Shown here piece by piece: positions 34,403 through 45,076 of a stretch of 56,614 nucleotides of DNA. A program made the position numbers and the translations under genes. The notes under the pieces were generated by a model. The model worked only from the letters and a program-made list of their open reading frames with translations, was not told the DNA's origin and made no database searches. Every line of letters starts with the position of its first letter. Within the stretch, counting starts at the first letter, position 1. Origin of the DNA: Phoronis australis (taxonomy: Eukaryota > Animalia > Phoronida); contig NMRA01000063.1 in assembly GCA_002633005.1 (NCBI GenBank), positions 887,890 through 944,503 on the forward strand, in the 5' to 3' direction.

Positions 34403-37400
34403 CTGCAGAGAACACAAGTATTCATGTTAACAGATTTTTTACTGCTACAATGGGGATTCTAAGGAAGATGAGACATAGAAAAGAAGCAACGTGAGAATAA
34501 TTCCACCAAACGTCCAAATCCTTAAAACTAGGTGACATCTGATTAGTCTGGTGTTCAAAACTGACAACTATTAAAGCTATCTTGAACGGTAACACCCGTA
34601 AATTTGGTTCCTACAGTATATTCAGACCCCTATTCAATACAGCTGTTATCGGCCTTTTGTTGTTTGTGCTGGGATCTCGCAAAGACGCAACATGGCACGA
34701 AAAGGCAGCTTTACCGATCGTTTGACGGGCTTACATTTGCGTGATTGAACTCGCGTTTTCTTACTTTGCTAATGCTTTGCGAGGACTATCTGGTTAGCCC
34801 AATACATCTAAAATAAAAAAATTCCATTGAAGTTAGGCAGACAATCTGAACTGCAGTGCACACATTTGCCTACATGGTAAGTTACACTCAAATACAGCAA
34901 AATTGAAGCAGTCTCACACACTGTGTAAGAGTGGAATGGGAAGTGGTCGTATAATTGAAACATTTACGTCATTTACGTAGAGAATTTAAACTTTTGAAAA
35001 AAAAGTTTTAACGTTACTTTTCTGTGAGTTGCATGAAGTTACGATTTTTTCTTTTATATGATGATTTAGTGGAATGTTTGTAAAGTACAACATTCTAATT
35101 TTTGGTGATATCTTCATAGAAATTTTAGTCAAACAACTCGATGTAAGGTGAGTGAGTAACGGACCTACGTGACGGACATACGCTGTGAATTTCTAGTATC
35201 AAATTGTTTGTTGTGGCTAAGATATTAATTCAGAATTCTTCAAATATCAGTATTTAAGCTATATTAGTGCTTTTTATGTAAAATACACTGATTGACCTTT
35301 TGCATGAAATCAACACCTGCCCACGCTGCAAAAGCACTCTAGGATTTTAACTTTTCAACATATTTAATTAAAGATAATAAAACAACCTCCTAAAAACCTC
35401 ACTTCTCTTCAAAGATGGTAAACAATTTCGATGGGAATGAGAGTGATAATTATTTTGTATTTGACACGTTGGGTAATCAGGAGTAAATTTGTAAGTAAAC
35501 GTGACTATCCAAAACCTAAAATGTGAAACAAAGTTTAAAACATTACTAAATATTACTATAAAAATGCGTTTTTTAAAATAGGACAAACTTATTGTCTGAG
35601 CCATGTAGCAGATAGATGTAATGTATGGCCATGTTAATAATAAAGGTGACATTTATAAAGTATTAGGACTTCAGTGTCTTCTTATAACAAAGTGTCACCA
35701 GTACTGTCTAGCAGGATGAAGGCAGACATTAAACTACATTAAACTGAGGATTATGATCCAGGAATAAGTCACGCTAATAAAGTTATCAGATGCTGTTCTA
35801 TGTTAGTGATACCTTGATTAGCTTTCCACTTAGCATTTTAATTCATGTCTTCTTTTCAATTTTAAAGAGAGGTGTTAAATAAAATCACATCACGGTTCAT
35901 GCACACATAATTATGATCCACGGTGACATTTTATGAGTGCCAGAGTCCATTTCAGGCAGATATTTGTTCCTCTCCCAGTCACATGTGTTCTTCCCCTGCA
36001 CTCCAATGATTCCCTCTTTGGTTTCTAAATGCTGCTTCACTCTTCTCAAAGCTCAGTAGAAACAAACAATCTTTCTTAAAAAGATTGTGAGATCATGGTT
36101 CTTGCTTTGGTAAAAGTATGTAAAATGAGATGATGTAATCATCTGCTATGAAATCATTTCATACAAGCCACCCAATCATACAAGCCACCCAATCATACAA
36201 GCCACCCAATCATACAAGCCACCCAATCATACAAGCCACCCAATCATACAAGCCACCCAAGACACTGAAAAAGACAAGACTGACTACTGTCAGTGAAAGT
36301 GTGACAAAAATACCTAAGTCATAGGTTGCTACCATTTAAATATGTCCAGCACCGGCTTTTGCGACAAAAAGTGGGTCAGAATGAAAACAGCACGTTGATT
36401 CCAGCAGAACAGTAACTTGACAAGTATTCCTTTACGCTTCCTGTTATTTAAACTCAAGAGCACCTTAGGAAGTGTTTTATACGAATGCTTTTTGTGTCTC
36501 CAATTTTACAAAAAGTTAAGGACATCTTTACAAACATTGGTAACTGACAAAAACAATAAGTTTGTTAAATTAACATTTTATTTTATTTACTTGGACAACA
36601 TTATATAAAGTATTACTTTTAATGTTGTCCAACAGTTTAATTTTAACAAGCTGAATTCTACTAAGAATAACAAGATGACACTGTAAAGTACAACATTTTA
36701 GCAAATACTTTTGAAATTGAAAAAGTTCAATGCATCTCGTTTAAATCCATAGCAACTTCTTTACTTTATTTTATATCTGTTCTTGTAATATTTAATCGCT
36801 TTAATTCATCTTTAATTTCATCTTCTGCAAGTTTGGAAAGTGATTATAAGACCTAAGGTTACTTTTATTGGCTGGAAAATTGTAATTTCATGGATGTGAC
36901 AGACGTACGAGAAGGACTTACAAATTTGCTGTACTTCTATCACTCGATTTCAGACTTAAATAATCTATGGACTCTAAAATTTTGGCAATAGTATTGACGA
37001 ACAAGTTAAAAGAGAATAAGAATTTCAAATTATTTTAATTTTGATTGAAAACTGTTGACGTAACTAAACATTCAAGCACTTTTTTGTGACGGGCGTACAG
37101 CACCATGATATCCAAGAGTTGGCCTTTGACCCCAAGAGGTCGACGATGTGCTACAGGTTAAATATTTTTTGTAAAGTTTAGGCTTCATTTGATTGCACAA
37201 ATTTGATAATATAGTGAAATATCCATAATTAGCTTATTCATGACAATAATTAGCAACACACATAAAATCGGGGTTAATTTTTAGGATCAAGTAACCGCCA
37301 TAAATCGGTCCATTCAGGAAAAAAATTGAAAGTTATAGGAAATTCAAATATGAGTCTTGAAACTAGAGAAACTGGGTTTTCAGATGAGGCCAGAAATGTT

Positions 37401-40400
37401 AATCTAGTCATAATTTTATTTTTTTGTCTGTAGGGTTGACCTTTTCACGGAATTGCCCATGTTTGTTCATCAAGCGAGACTTGAGGTACGGTTCCAGACA
37501 ATCAGCAACTAGCTGGAGTACCAGTGCTTTATATGTAACTGGGACTTGCGCGAATGGTCAAATAACGTGGCTGTTGATTGGCTGAATAACAACTGGCTAT
37601 AGATCCAATGTACAAAATACTAGATATTTAAAGGTTTATAGCATTAAAAGATTAATCCGAGGTGTATGAGCTATTGGAAAAAAATCCATGGAAACCGTAC
37701 ATTGTAGAGTAATGGTGGGTTATAGGCTGACGGTGAGTCCATTAGTTTAATGCAAGTCATGTCAGATGATTGTTGGAGAATCCATACACTGTACATCATC
37801 TCGAAACATTAAACTTCCACAGTGCACCAGTGTCGAATTTCCAGTGATAAAACCACGCGGTGGCTGGTACTCTTTGTCTGTGTAATACTGTCAACTAAGA
37901 GCATCATTACCATGAAAATCAGTTGTGAAACAGAGTAAGTCTACCCGCAGCTGTGGAACAGAGTAAGTCTACCCGCGGCTGTGGAACAGAGTAAGTCTAC
38001 TCGCGGCTGTGCAACAGAGTAAGTCTACTCGCGGCTGTGCCACCTTTAAGTCCTCGAACTACATAATGGAACGTCAATAACTGTAAGCAAAGTACAAGTC
38101 ACTGGTCACAAAACTAATAGATTGACCATCCTAGTCAGAGCACCAACAACTCATAATACAACTAACCTAACCAACCTAATAGCCATGGTACCAGTAATTG
38201 ATAACACAAGCATGTGGACGGGCGATTAACCCTAGCTACCAACCCAGCCAGGGTACAAATAACTGATAATACAAGAACATAGATGGGCGACTAACCTAAC
38301 CAACCTAGCCAGAATACTAGCAAACTGACTGACCAGCCATGACAGACCACCAATAACTGACCTTTTTCTTGTTGTGCACCACCAGGTAGGCTGCAATTGC
38401 CAGGATGACCACTGTTAGGAAGTAAGCCATAAAGTTACTGCTGCGACTACCTGTCCCTGTAACAGTGCAAAGTTATTGACATTCTAACTAAATCTAGTGT
38501 TCGCTCATGTCACCAACCTATATCCAGCCATTACGCTTTTGGTCCATAGAATAATGCACCAGTCAATTCCAACGTTTACTAGTCACTTCTAATGTGAGTG
38601 AGGATCAACTTGTGAACATTTACATATGGTCAGTGGTCTAAAAATCTCTAAGTTCTTTAGGTTTTTGTCAGAAAGGGGTGCAAAGCACCTATGATGTTAA
38701 CCAAGATCAATGTGCTTTTCCAGACACTTGGTAAGCCATAAGTTTAAAGCTACACTATAACATAGCTTTAAAAATTTAAGTTACACTATCAACATCAGAA
38801 ATTTAAAGGTCTTCCCCCTTTGAACATTTTAAAATACATTGTGCTGCAGAGTGTAAAAAAGCAAAATTTTGAGTGAAATTGCAAAACTGACTTCTTTCCA
38901 ACTTTCAGCTCTGCAAATAATATTTTAAAACTTATTTAGCGAAGTCACTAATCACAAAAGAAATTTAACAGAAGCACCATCAGACAAGACTTCTTAAAAA
39001 TGCAATAGCAATAGAGAATATGTACTACCTGGTATCTTGGTATCTAGACCAGGTGAAGCATCAATACCATCTTGGTCCTCATTAGTGTGGTTCTCTGCAC
39101 CATCATCACCATTTTCATCATTGGTTGAAGATACAGTTGTAGATGTTGCAGAACTAGTGTTGATTGCTGGCATGACACTGCTTTTAGTTGTAGACAGAGA
39201 ACTACCATTGGCAGGCAAATCAGCATCAGTACTTGTAGCAGCAATATTCGTAGTTGTAGGCAGAGAACTACCATTTACAAGCACATCAGCAACTGTACTT
39301 GTAGCAGTAATATTTGTAGTTGTAGGCAGAGAACTACCATTTACAAGCACATCAGCAACTGTACTTGTAGCAGTAATATTTGTAGTTGTAGGCAGATAAC
39401 TACCATTCACAGGCGAATTGGTACCTTTGGTCGAGGTGTCAAGACTCTTTGTGGTAGTGGATGTGGAACTATTCTTGGTCATTTCTGTTGGAGATGCAGC
39501 ATTTGCATTACTTGATAATACCATGGTACTGTGTCCAGTTGACAGAGAGTTGGTAATAGAGCTGGTATTAGAGCTGGTATTAGAGCTGGTAGTAGAGCTG
39601 GTAGTAGAGCTGGTAGTAGAGCTGGTAGTAGAGCTGGTAGTAGCGCTGGTAGTAGAGCTGGTTTGAGCTGTGACTGGAGGGATGGTCCGACTCTCACCTG
39701 TAGATAAATGATACCTTGAGATGACAGTGCAGGCACTGATAAGTTTCAAGCAAAATACCAAAACTTGTGAAGTTTTTACAAGACAACAATTTCACTTTTG
39801 AGAAAAAATGAATTTGCCCAGTTTTGCAAACTAAACCAGAAGATATGCTCTTACAGTGCAGGGGAAAAGGCTCCAATAATTACTAAGTGTGCATGTTATT
39901 TTTAGTTAGAAAGTAACATTATACTGCAAGCTCCGTTACAGTCAATAGTATGTATATACAGGCTAGTTTCCAGCCTAGCAATAGGTGAACGAAGCCTACC
40001 CATGTAGCGTTTGGTCCAAACCTGAGGAAAACCAAGCCAAAAATTAGCGTTTCAGATTTATTTTCTACATTATTCAACAACAATGGAGGAATTTGGTATA
40101 GCAAAACACAGAGTAAGAAACAATTCTCGGACATCATTTATGAAACACATTTGTACTCTCTCTCACTTTAAGCTGCTGAAATTTGTTATTTCCTTAAGTA
40201 ATAATTGTTAGATTTTAAACAGATCTCAAATTTAGAATGACGGTGAACGTGCATGCGAAGTGAAAGAGAGTACCCTGAAGGGATTTACCTTTTAGGTGAG
40301 TGGGCCATTTTGAAATATGTTGATTCTCACTCCGAAAGGTATTTTGGGCCTTTTAAGTGGTTCTCATCACTGCGAAGCTGAATCATTATGCCAGACTGAT

Positions 40401-41214
40401 ACAACACATATGGCAAGACTCAGGTTTAAGCAAGCTTCCATACAGGAGAGTTAAGGGTCCCCATGATAACATCGAAAGCTTTTAAAACAGAACTTTGAGC
40501 TTGTACAAGTAAGTATTTGATTATTACGACAATAAAGATTGTCACAATTCCTACAACGTTGCCTTATGTAGCAAGTGTCTTGCATATATATTAGTAGGCC
40601 TACAACTTACAAGGCTACAGTGCCAGTTCCTGTACTAGTATATTGGATGACAGCTTTAAATTTGAGTGGTTTCTGCGAGACTAACCTTGAGATGCCAGCA
40701 ACCTGTAAATCACACACAGACCCAAAGCGTTGTCCCTTGTACACGTAGAAGAGCAGTTGTCAAGCTCCGACTCTTTTGTTAACCACTCACAAATAAAAGC
40801 AGTAGCATTTACTTGATGTAGTTTTAATTCTTCGACCATTTCCAACATGTCTTTCAAAGTTCCCATATTTTTCGCCGGTTTGTCAATGCAATTACTTAAG
40901 ATTTCCTTCAGAACAAGTTTACAGATGCCTTGATAATTTTCGCACAAACTGAGATATCTTAGTATGTCCATGTTTTCACTTAAGAACTCCATTTCATGGG
41001 AATTCTTGTCGTTTCCCGTGCCAAGCACTTCTATCATGTTTATTATCTGGCTATGATTCTTGAAGACAATCGGAAGCGTACAATTGTTGTTCTTCAAACC
41101 TTTCAACAAAGTGATAATTTCTTTGGACAGTTCAGCTGGTTCAGAAAAACGAACGAACTCAACACACAAAAGTATAGAGATTAAAAACGAAACCTTTAAC
41201 GACAACGTCGCCAT
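34253..41214 (-). CDS. TGN38/TGOLN2-KCT2 (C5orf15) family type I membrane glycoprotein, ~480 aa, 4 exons
   Basis: Exons 41214-40686, 39697-39029, 38456-38362 and 34402-34253 total 1443 nt with consistent phases 1,1,0. The protein has a signal peptide, a Cys-rich domain, an S/T mucin stalk, an acidic patch, then SNFMAYFLTVVILAIAAYLVVHNKKKILAFIVEGR and a cytosolic YSKL motif. Compare TGN38 SHFFAYLVT...HNKRKIIAFVLEG...YQRL. Confidence 0.88.
36160..36260. repeat. 17-bp minisatellite (catacaagccacccaat) x6
   Basis: Perfect tandem units. Confidence 0.95.
37929..38040. repeat. 28-bp minisatellite x4
   Basis: aacagagtaagtctacccgcggctgtgg units. Confidence 0.92.
38362..38456 (-). CDS. TGN38/KCT2-like exon 3 (transmembrane helix + HNKKK)
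   Basis: ttacag acceptor, gtcagt donor, 95 nt. Confidence 0.9.
39029..39697 (-). CDS. TGN38/KCT2-like exon 2 (Ser/Thr-rich mucin-like stalk)
   Basis: ctacag acceptor, gtagta donor, 669 nt open; contains 12-bp (TSST) and 66-bp coding repeats. Confidence 0.88.
40686..41214 (-). CDS. TGN38/KCT2-like exon 1 (signal peptide + Cys-rich luminal domain)
   Basis: ATG in AAAATGGCG context; hydrophobic leader MATLSLKVSFLISILLCVEFV; donor G|gttag at 40685. Confidence 0.85.
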
Positions 41215-41229
41215 TTTCAGTGGTACCTT

Positions 41230-41420
41230 TTAAGTTCAACACCAGGTGGCAAGCGAGTACCCAACTGCGCCCAGTCTCGTACCAAAGACTCTAGATGGCG
41301 CTGATCGGTTTAGCCAGAGACCGTAGAGACCGTCAGCGTCTTTGTTTGTGGCTAGTCTCCTGCACAGACCCACAAGCTATCCGTGACGTCAGCTTGTGAG
41401 GCCCGGGAACCAGGCTAGGC
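41230..41420 (-). promoter_or_regulatory. Probable proximal promoter of the TGN38/KCT2-like gene with a full CRE
   Basis: CpG-richer segment directly upstream of the ATG; TGACGTCA at 41384-41391; CTCF-like CTAGATGGCGCT at 41291-41302. Confidence 0.4.
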
Positions 41421-42790
41421 AACACGTAGCCCCTCGGCTGGCCGGTTAGGGGCTTCTGTACGCATTTCGTCCCGTGTATTTTAAACGGACGCTAGGCCAA
41501 ATCAAATCCGGCCACCGATTAAGAGTTTTCACCTCGATCGTCTGCACTCTAAACAATGAGCTATGCCGGGCGTGCGTTCAGTAGACGCTAGGACCTACGC
41601 TAGGACCTCTAGCTAAAACCTAGTCAAAGTCACGAGTTCTCATTTAAAATACACGGCAATACCTCACGTAATCTCACGAAGTCTTGCTTTTTAGTGAGGT
41701 CCTAGCGTTACTGAACGGGAGGCAGGTATACTGGGGAACCCAATGTTCGTCCGCCTAAGCATAAAACCGACTTGCTGTTGTACTCACTGAATTATTCCAC
41801 TTCAAAGTTATGATCTGAATAGGATTCGATTTAACTCTCACAGATATACCGCATTCATCGATTCGGAAGTTTTCTTTAATTTGTGCCGAGTTATTTCAAA
41901 TGTGCACTGCCTTCGGCAGCCATTTTATTGTGAAACCTAAGTTCGTCATATGCTGCCCCCTTTTGTAAAAACTGAGAAACATGCAGAAAAAGGCCAACGA
42001 AGTAATGAAAATTGCAACAGCCTGTTTTTATTGACATAAACTCGATTTGAAGCTTTGATGTTGAGCTCTGCACTGTGGTTTCCAATAAAAGCCAATTGGA
42101 CAACATTTCAATGCAGTTTAATGGTGAATGCGTGAGGCAAAAATGTTAAGAACCCAGCGTATCGCATTTGTCTGCGGATTTTTCCTTTGGCCTTCTAGAT
42201 CCTACTAGTGCCTGGGACAACCAGATACATTGCATAAACAAACCCTGGATCATGTTTTGTGTCCCGTCGGAAGAAAATTTAAATTCGAAAACATCTTCTG
42301 AAAACGCACAAAAAAGTGTATTAGTAAAATCTACTGTTTTTTAAGTGGTTTTAAAAAACAATCGGTAAACTCACCGATTTTTGTCTCATTACTTTGATAC
42401 GTGTTTCTCCCGAGAGGTTAGTACCTAACGTGAAGACGAGCACTCCAAATTGGAACGCTAAGTCCCGCGTGGTTGCGCTGCACGCGAAACAAGATGGCGG
42501 ACGAACTTTGGAGCCTGACGAAAATAGGTAACCGGACGATATAGCTCATTGCTCGAAACTATCACTTAAAAATGAGCTTCTTTTTTCAGTGATCTTTTCT
42601 GCTTCTAGTACACAGTCTTCGATGAAGCAGCCGGATCTACATGAATTAAGGTAACTTTGGAGAACAAAAATTCCAACTCCACTTTTTTGGTTGCCGTTAA
42701 CTTTTTCACCACGCGCGCGATAACCACAGTATGTCAACTAGAGTCACGTGAGTTAGGCAACTACTGATCGAGCGATGCGCGTCTCCCACT

Positions 42791-43326
42791 CCCACCTGGT
42801 TCCTTGCGTACGTGCCGCTAGGTTGGGCGGTAGCCGCGCCAGCACGCTTGGCAGGTATCACTTTCCTCGGGAAATTTTTTTACCGGCGTTTCTGATTGAC
42901 TAGTCGACTTCTCAACAAGAACTGGCATGACTGATGGACTGAAGTGTAAAATAATGTGGTCTGTTCAGTGTTTAGAGTCAGACAAATCGGTGCTTAAAAT
43001 TTGTGTTCAGGAAATGTGAAGCCTAGAATTTGTGATTGCGCCTTTTCGGAATACACCTTTCTACTGTGCTGACTTCGATAGTGTCCTGTTCATACAGTAT
43101 GAATACCACACCGGTTAAATCGGCCAGATATGTGTTTATTCGGTACATGTAGGCCACGCGGCTATTACAAAAACGACGCCACTTGCATGTCAAGGCTTGA
43201 AAAATAGTTCGTGACAGTCCGCCATTTTTTCACGGTGTTGTAAAGCTAACCATTGACTGCCGAGGTTACATCGCGTGCCACTGCGTGATACCTGCGTGAC
43301 CGAGCTAAGCACACAGGGAACCAGCG
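42791..43326. mobile_element. MITE family B, copy 2 (inverted; right TIR clipped by family C element)
   Basis: Reverse-complement homology to 23843-24428 along its length. Confidence 0.75.
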
Positions 43327-43638
43327 CAGTGGCGGATCTAGGATATCACAAGGGGGGGGGGCAACATTTTGTCCGGCTGTAAGCATTTGCGCAAACTGAA
43401 CCACGATTGTAGATGCGCATAGCACCGAATGGGGGGAGGTCACGGTCGGGAGGTTTTTTTTCTGTTTTTACCTCTAAAAATCAAGCATTTTCCTTGATTC
43501 CTGAAGTATTATCCAAGAAAAAAGGAAAAAAAACACGGAGAACATGTCAAACAGGAAAAACTGCAACTACCGAAGACTCGAACTCCCGATCGACCTGGCG
43601 GATAGAGAACGCGTGCGTTACCACTACACGACCACGAT
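43327..43638. mobile_element. hAT-like MITE family C, copy 2, truncated at the Kolobok insertion
   Basis: Matches 29295-~29610. Confidence 0.72.
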
Positions 43639-43975
43639 TTAAAGGCGAAGGCAACCTTTTCCATGTCATTTTGAGCTAAAATAAGGTTGGTTGGTTATCC
43701 TAGACATATTTTCCACTTAATTACAGCTTTTCGTAATTTTATAGGTTACTCGTCCGCTACTCCGGAAGTGACGTTTTAGGAGGCAAGCGTTTCCCGCCAC
43801 TTGGTGTTGCGTTGACTTTACCGTGCGAATCTGTTCTATTATACTTTTGTTTTGTGCTGTTTTTCAACAACTGTCGCCACCACTTTCCATCGGCGAGTAT
43901 TCTGCGGCAAGATAGGTTAGTAGAGAACTCAACTACGTTGGATTTAGGGATTGTTTAGTGTGTTGTAAGCTGAAA

Positions 43976-44371
43976 ATGGCTGGAGTCGGTGTCCCGTATC
44001 ACAGTGACAGTAGTGTGAGTGACGGAGACCTTGTTCACAGCAGTGGTGACGAAGAATTTTTTCACGGACATTCAGTGGGTGGGTACATGTTTGAGCCCGA
44101 GTATAACGAGGCAGAGTACGCACAGGTACAGGCAGCTGTTGAGAGAAACGAGGCGGCTACTGAGGACAGACGTGGTGACACATCTTGGTGCAGATGCACT
44201 GTGTGCGTTGTTATGCCTACTTCAATGGAATGCTTGTGCTGTTCAGAGTTCGACAAGGCCAAGCCACTACTGGACATGGTTAAGTGGGCCTCCGGCATAC
44301 CACGGACAGAGGAACAACTGTCCCACTTGCCAGAGTGTCCCGCGACACACTCCCACTGGATGGTGACCTGA
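43976..44371 (+). CDS. KolX-like accessory protein N-terminus (P2X7 ballast/nanor-like Cys domain), truncated and running into antisense transposase sequence
   Basis: MAGVG...GYMFEPEY...RRGDTSWCRCTVCVVMPTSMECLCCSE: the YxFEP and WCxCxxC..M...ExxCCxE signature; open for 131 codons. Confidence 0.72.
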   Translation: MAGVGVPYHSDSSVSDGDLVHSSGDEEFFHGHSVGGYMFEPEYNEAEYAQVQAAVERNEAATEDRRGDTSWCRCTVCVVMPTSMECLCCSEFDKAKPLLDMVKWASGIPRTEEQLSHLPECPATHSHWMVT

Positions 44372-45076
44372 GCACCCAAACTGCTTACATCGTGTCGTGT
44401 GACTCCCTCGCTACATACCTGGCACCTTCTAAATAGGTCCAACACTTTAGACAAGTCCACAATAAACTTATCAAAGTTTGGCTCACCGATCTGTTCACTG
44501 GACGACGACTAACTGTCCTCTTCACTGGGTGTCGAACTGAGCCTGGCGGTAATCACTCCCACTACTCAATATCGCTGCAGGGCTGCTTAGAGGCTCTGGG
44601 CTGGAAAAAACAGCACAGGGCGAATCACTACTGGTTCCAGGAATTGCACGCTCTGGGGGTACGTTCGGAGGCACGGGTGACGGTAGATGAAGTGCCTCCA
44701 CTGGCTCCAGTCACTGTACTGGCCACAGCTCGCGAGGCTTCTCGCTTCAAATACGCACTTCTCGGGGGTGGCGACGGGGCACTACCGGGAATCAACACAG
44801 ACGGAATGGCAACCTTCTTCAGACGTTGTTTCGCTGGGACCTTCATCAGTTCAGCGTACAAATCCCTTTCGTAATTGGACGGCAGAATGTGCTTGCCACA
44901 CACACGGTAATTCTCTACTGCTTTGTACGTTGCGTGGACGGGAAACGCTTCGTTCTTCACACGAACGAGCCAAGTACGGCGAAGTGTGTCATCCATCAGA
45001 AAGCGATCAAAGGTACTCCCAAAGCACGCGTGAGCCGATAATTAGTACACCCTGGTACGCAGCAACAGTGTGGCAA
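44272..45076 (-). pseudogene. Kolobok transposase 5' fragment (THAP domain + start of Zn-binding region)
   Basis: (TTG)PHCCCVPGCTNY.../..RTWL...RVCGKH...RLKKVAIPSV then KFIVDLSKVLDLFRRCQVC...ECVAGHSGKWDS; start codon lost, frameshifts and stops; no DDE core. Confidence 0.85.

Noticed and set aside
34900-37460. Probable old DNA-transposon remnant ending CACGGAATTGCCCAT
   Set aside because: Only one terminus is visible and there is no coding remnant; boundaries cannot be supported.
39037-39736. Overlapping ORFs (LPAL repeats, VELV repeats)
   Set aside because: They are shadow frames of the repetitive mucin-like exon.
41730-42515. Weak inverted pair gttcgtccgcc / ggcggacgaac
   Set aside because: Only ~11-bp identity and no TSD; insufficient to call an element.
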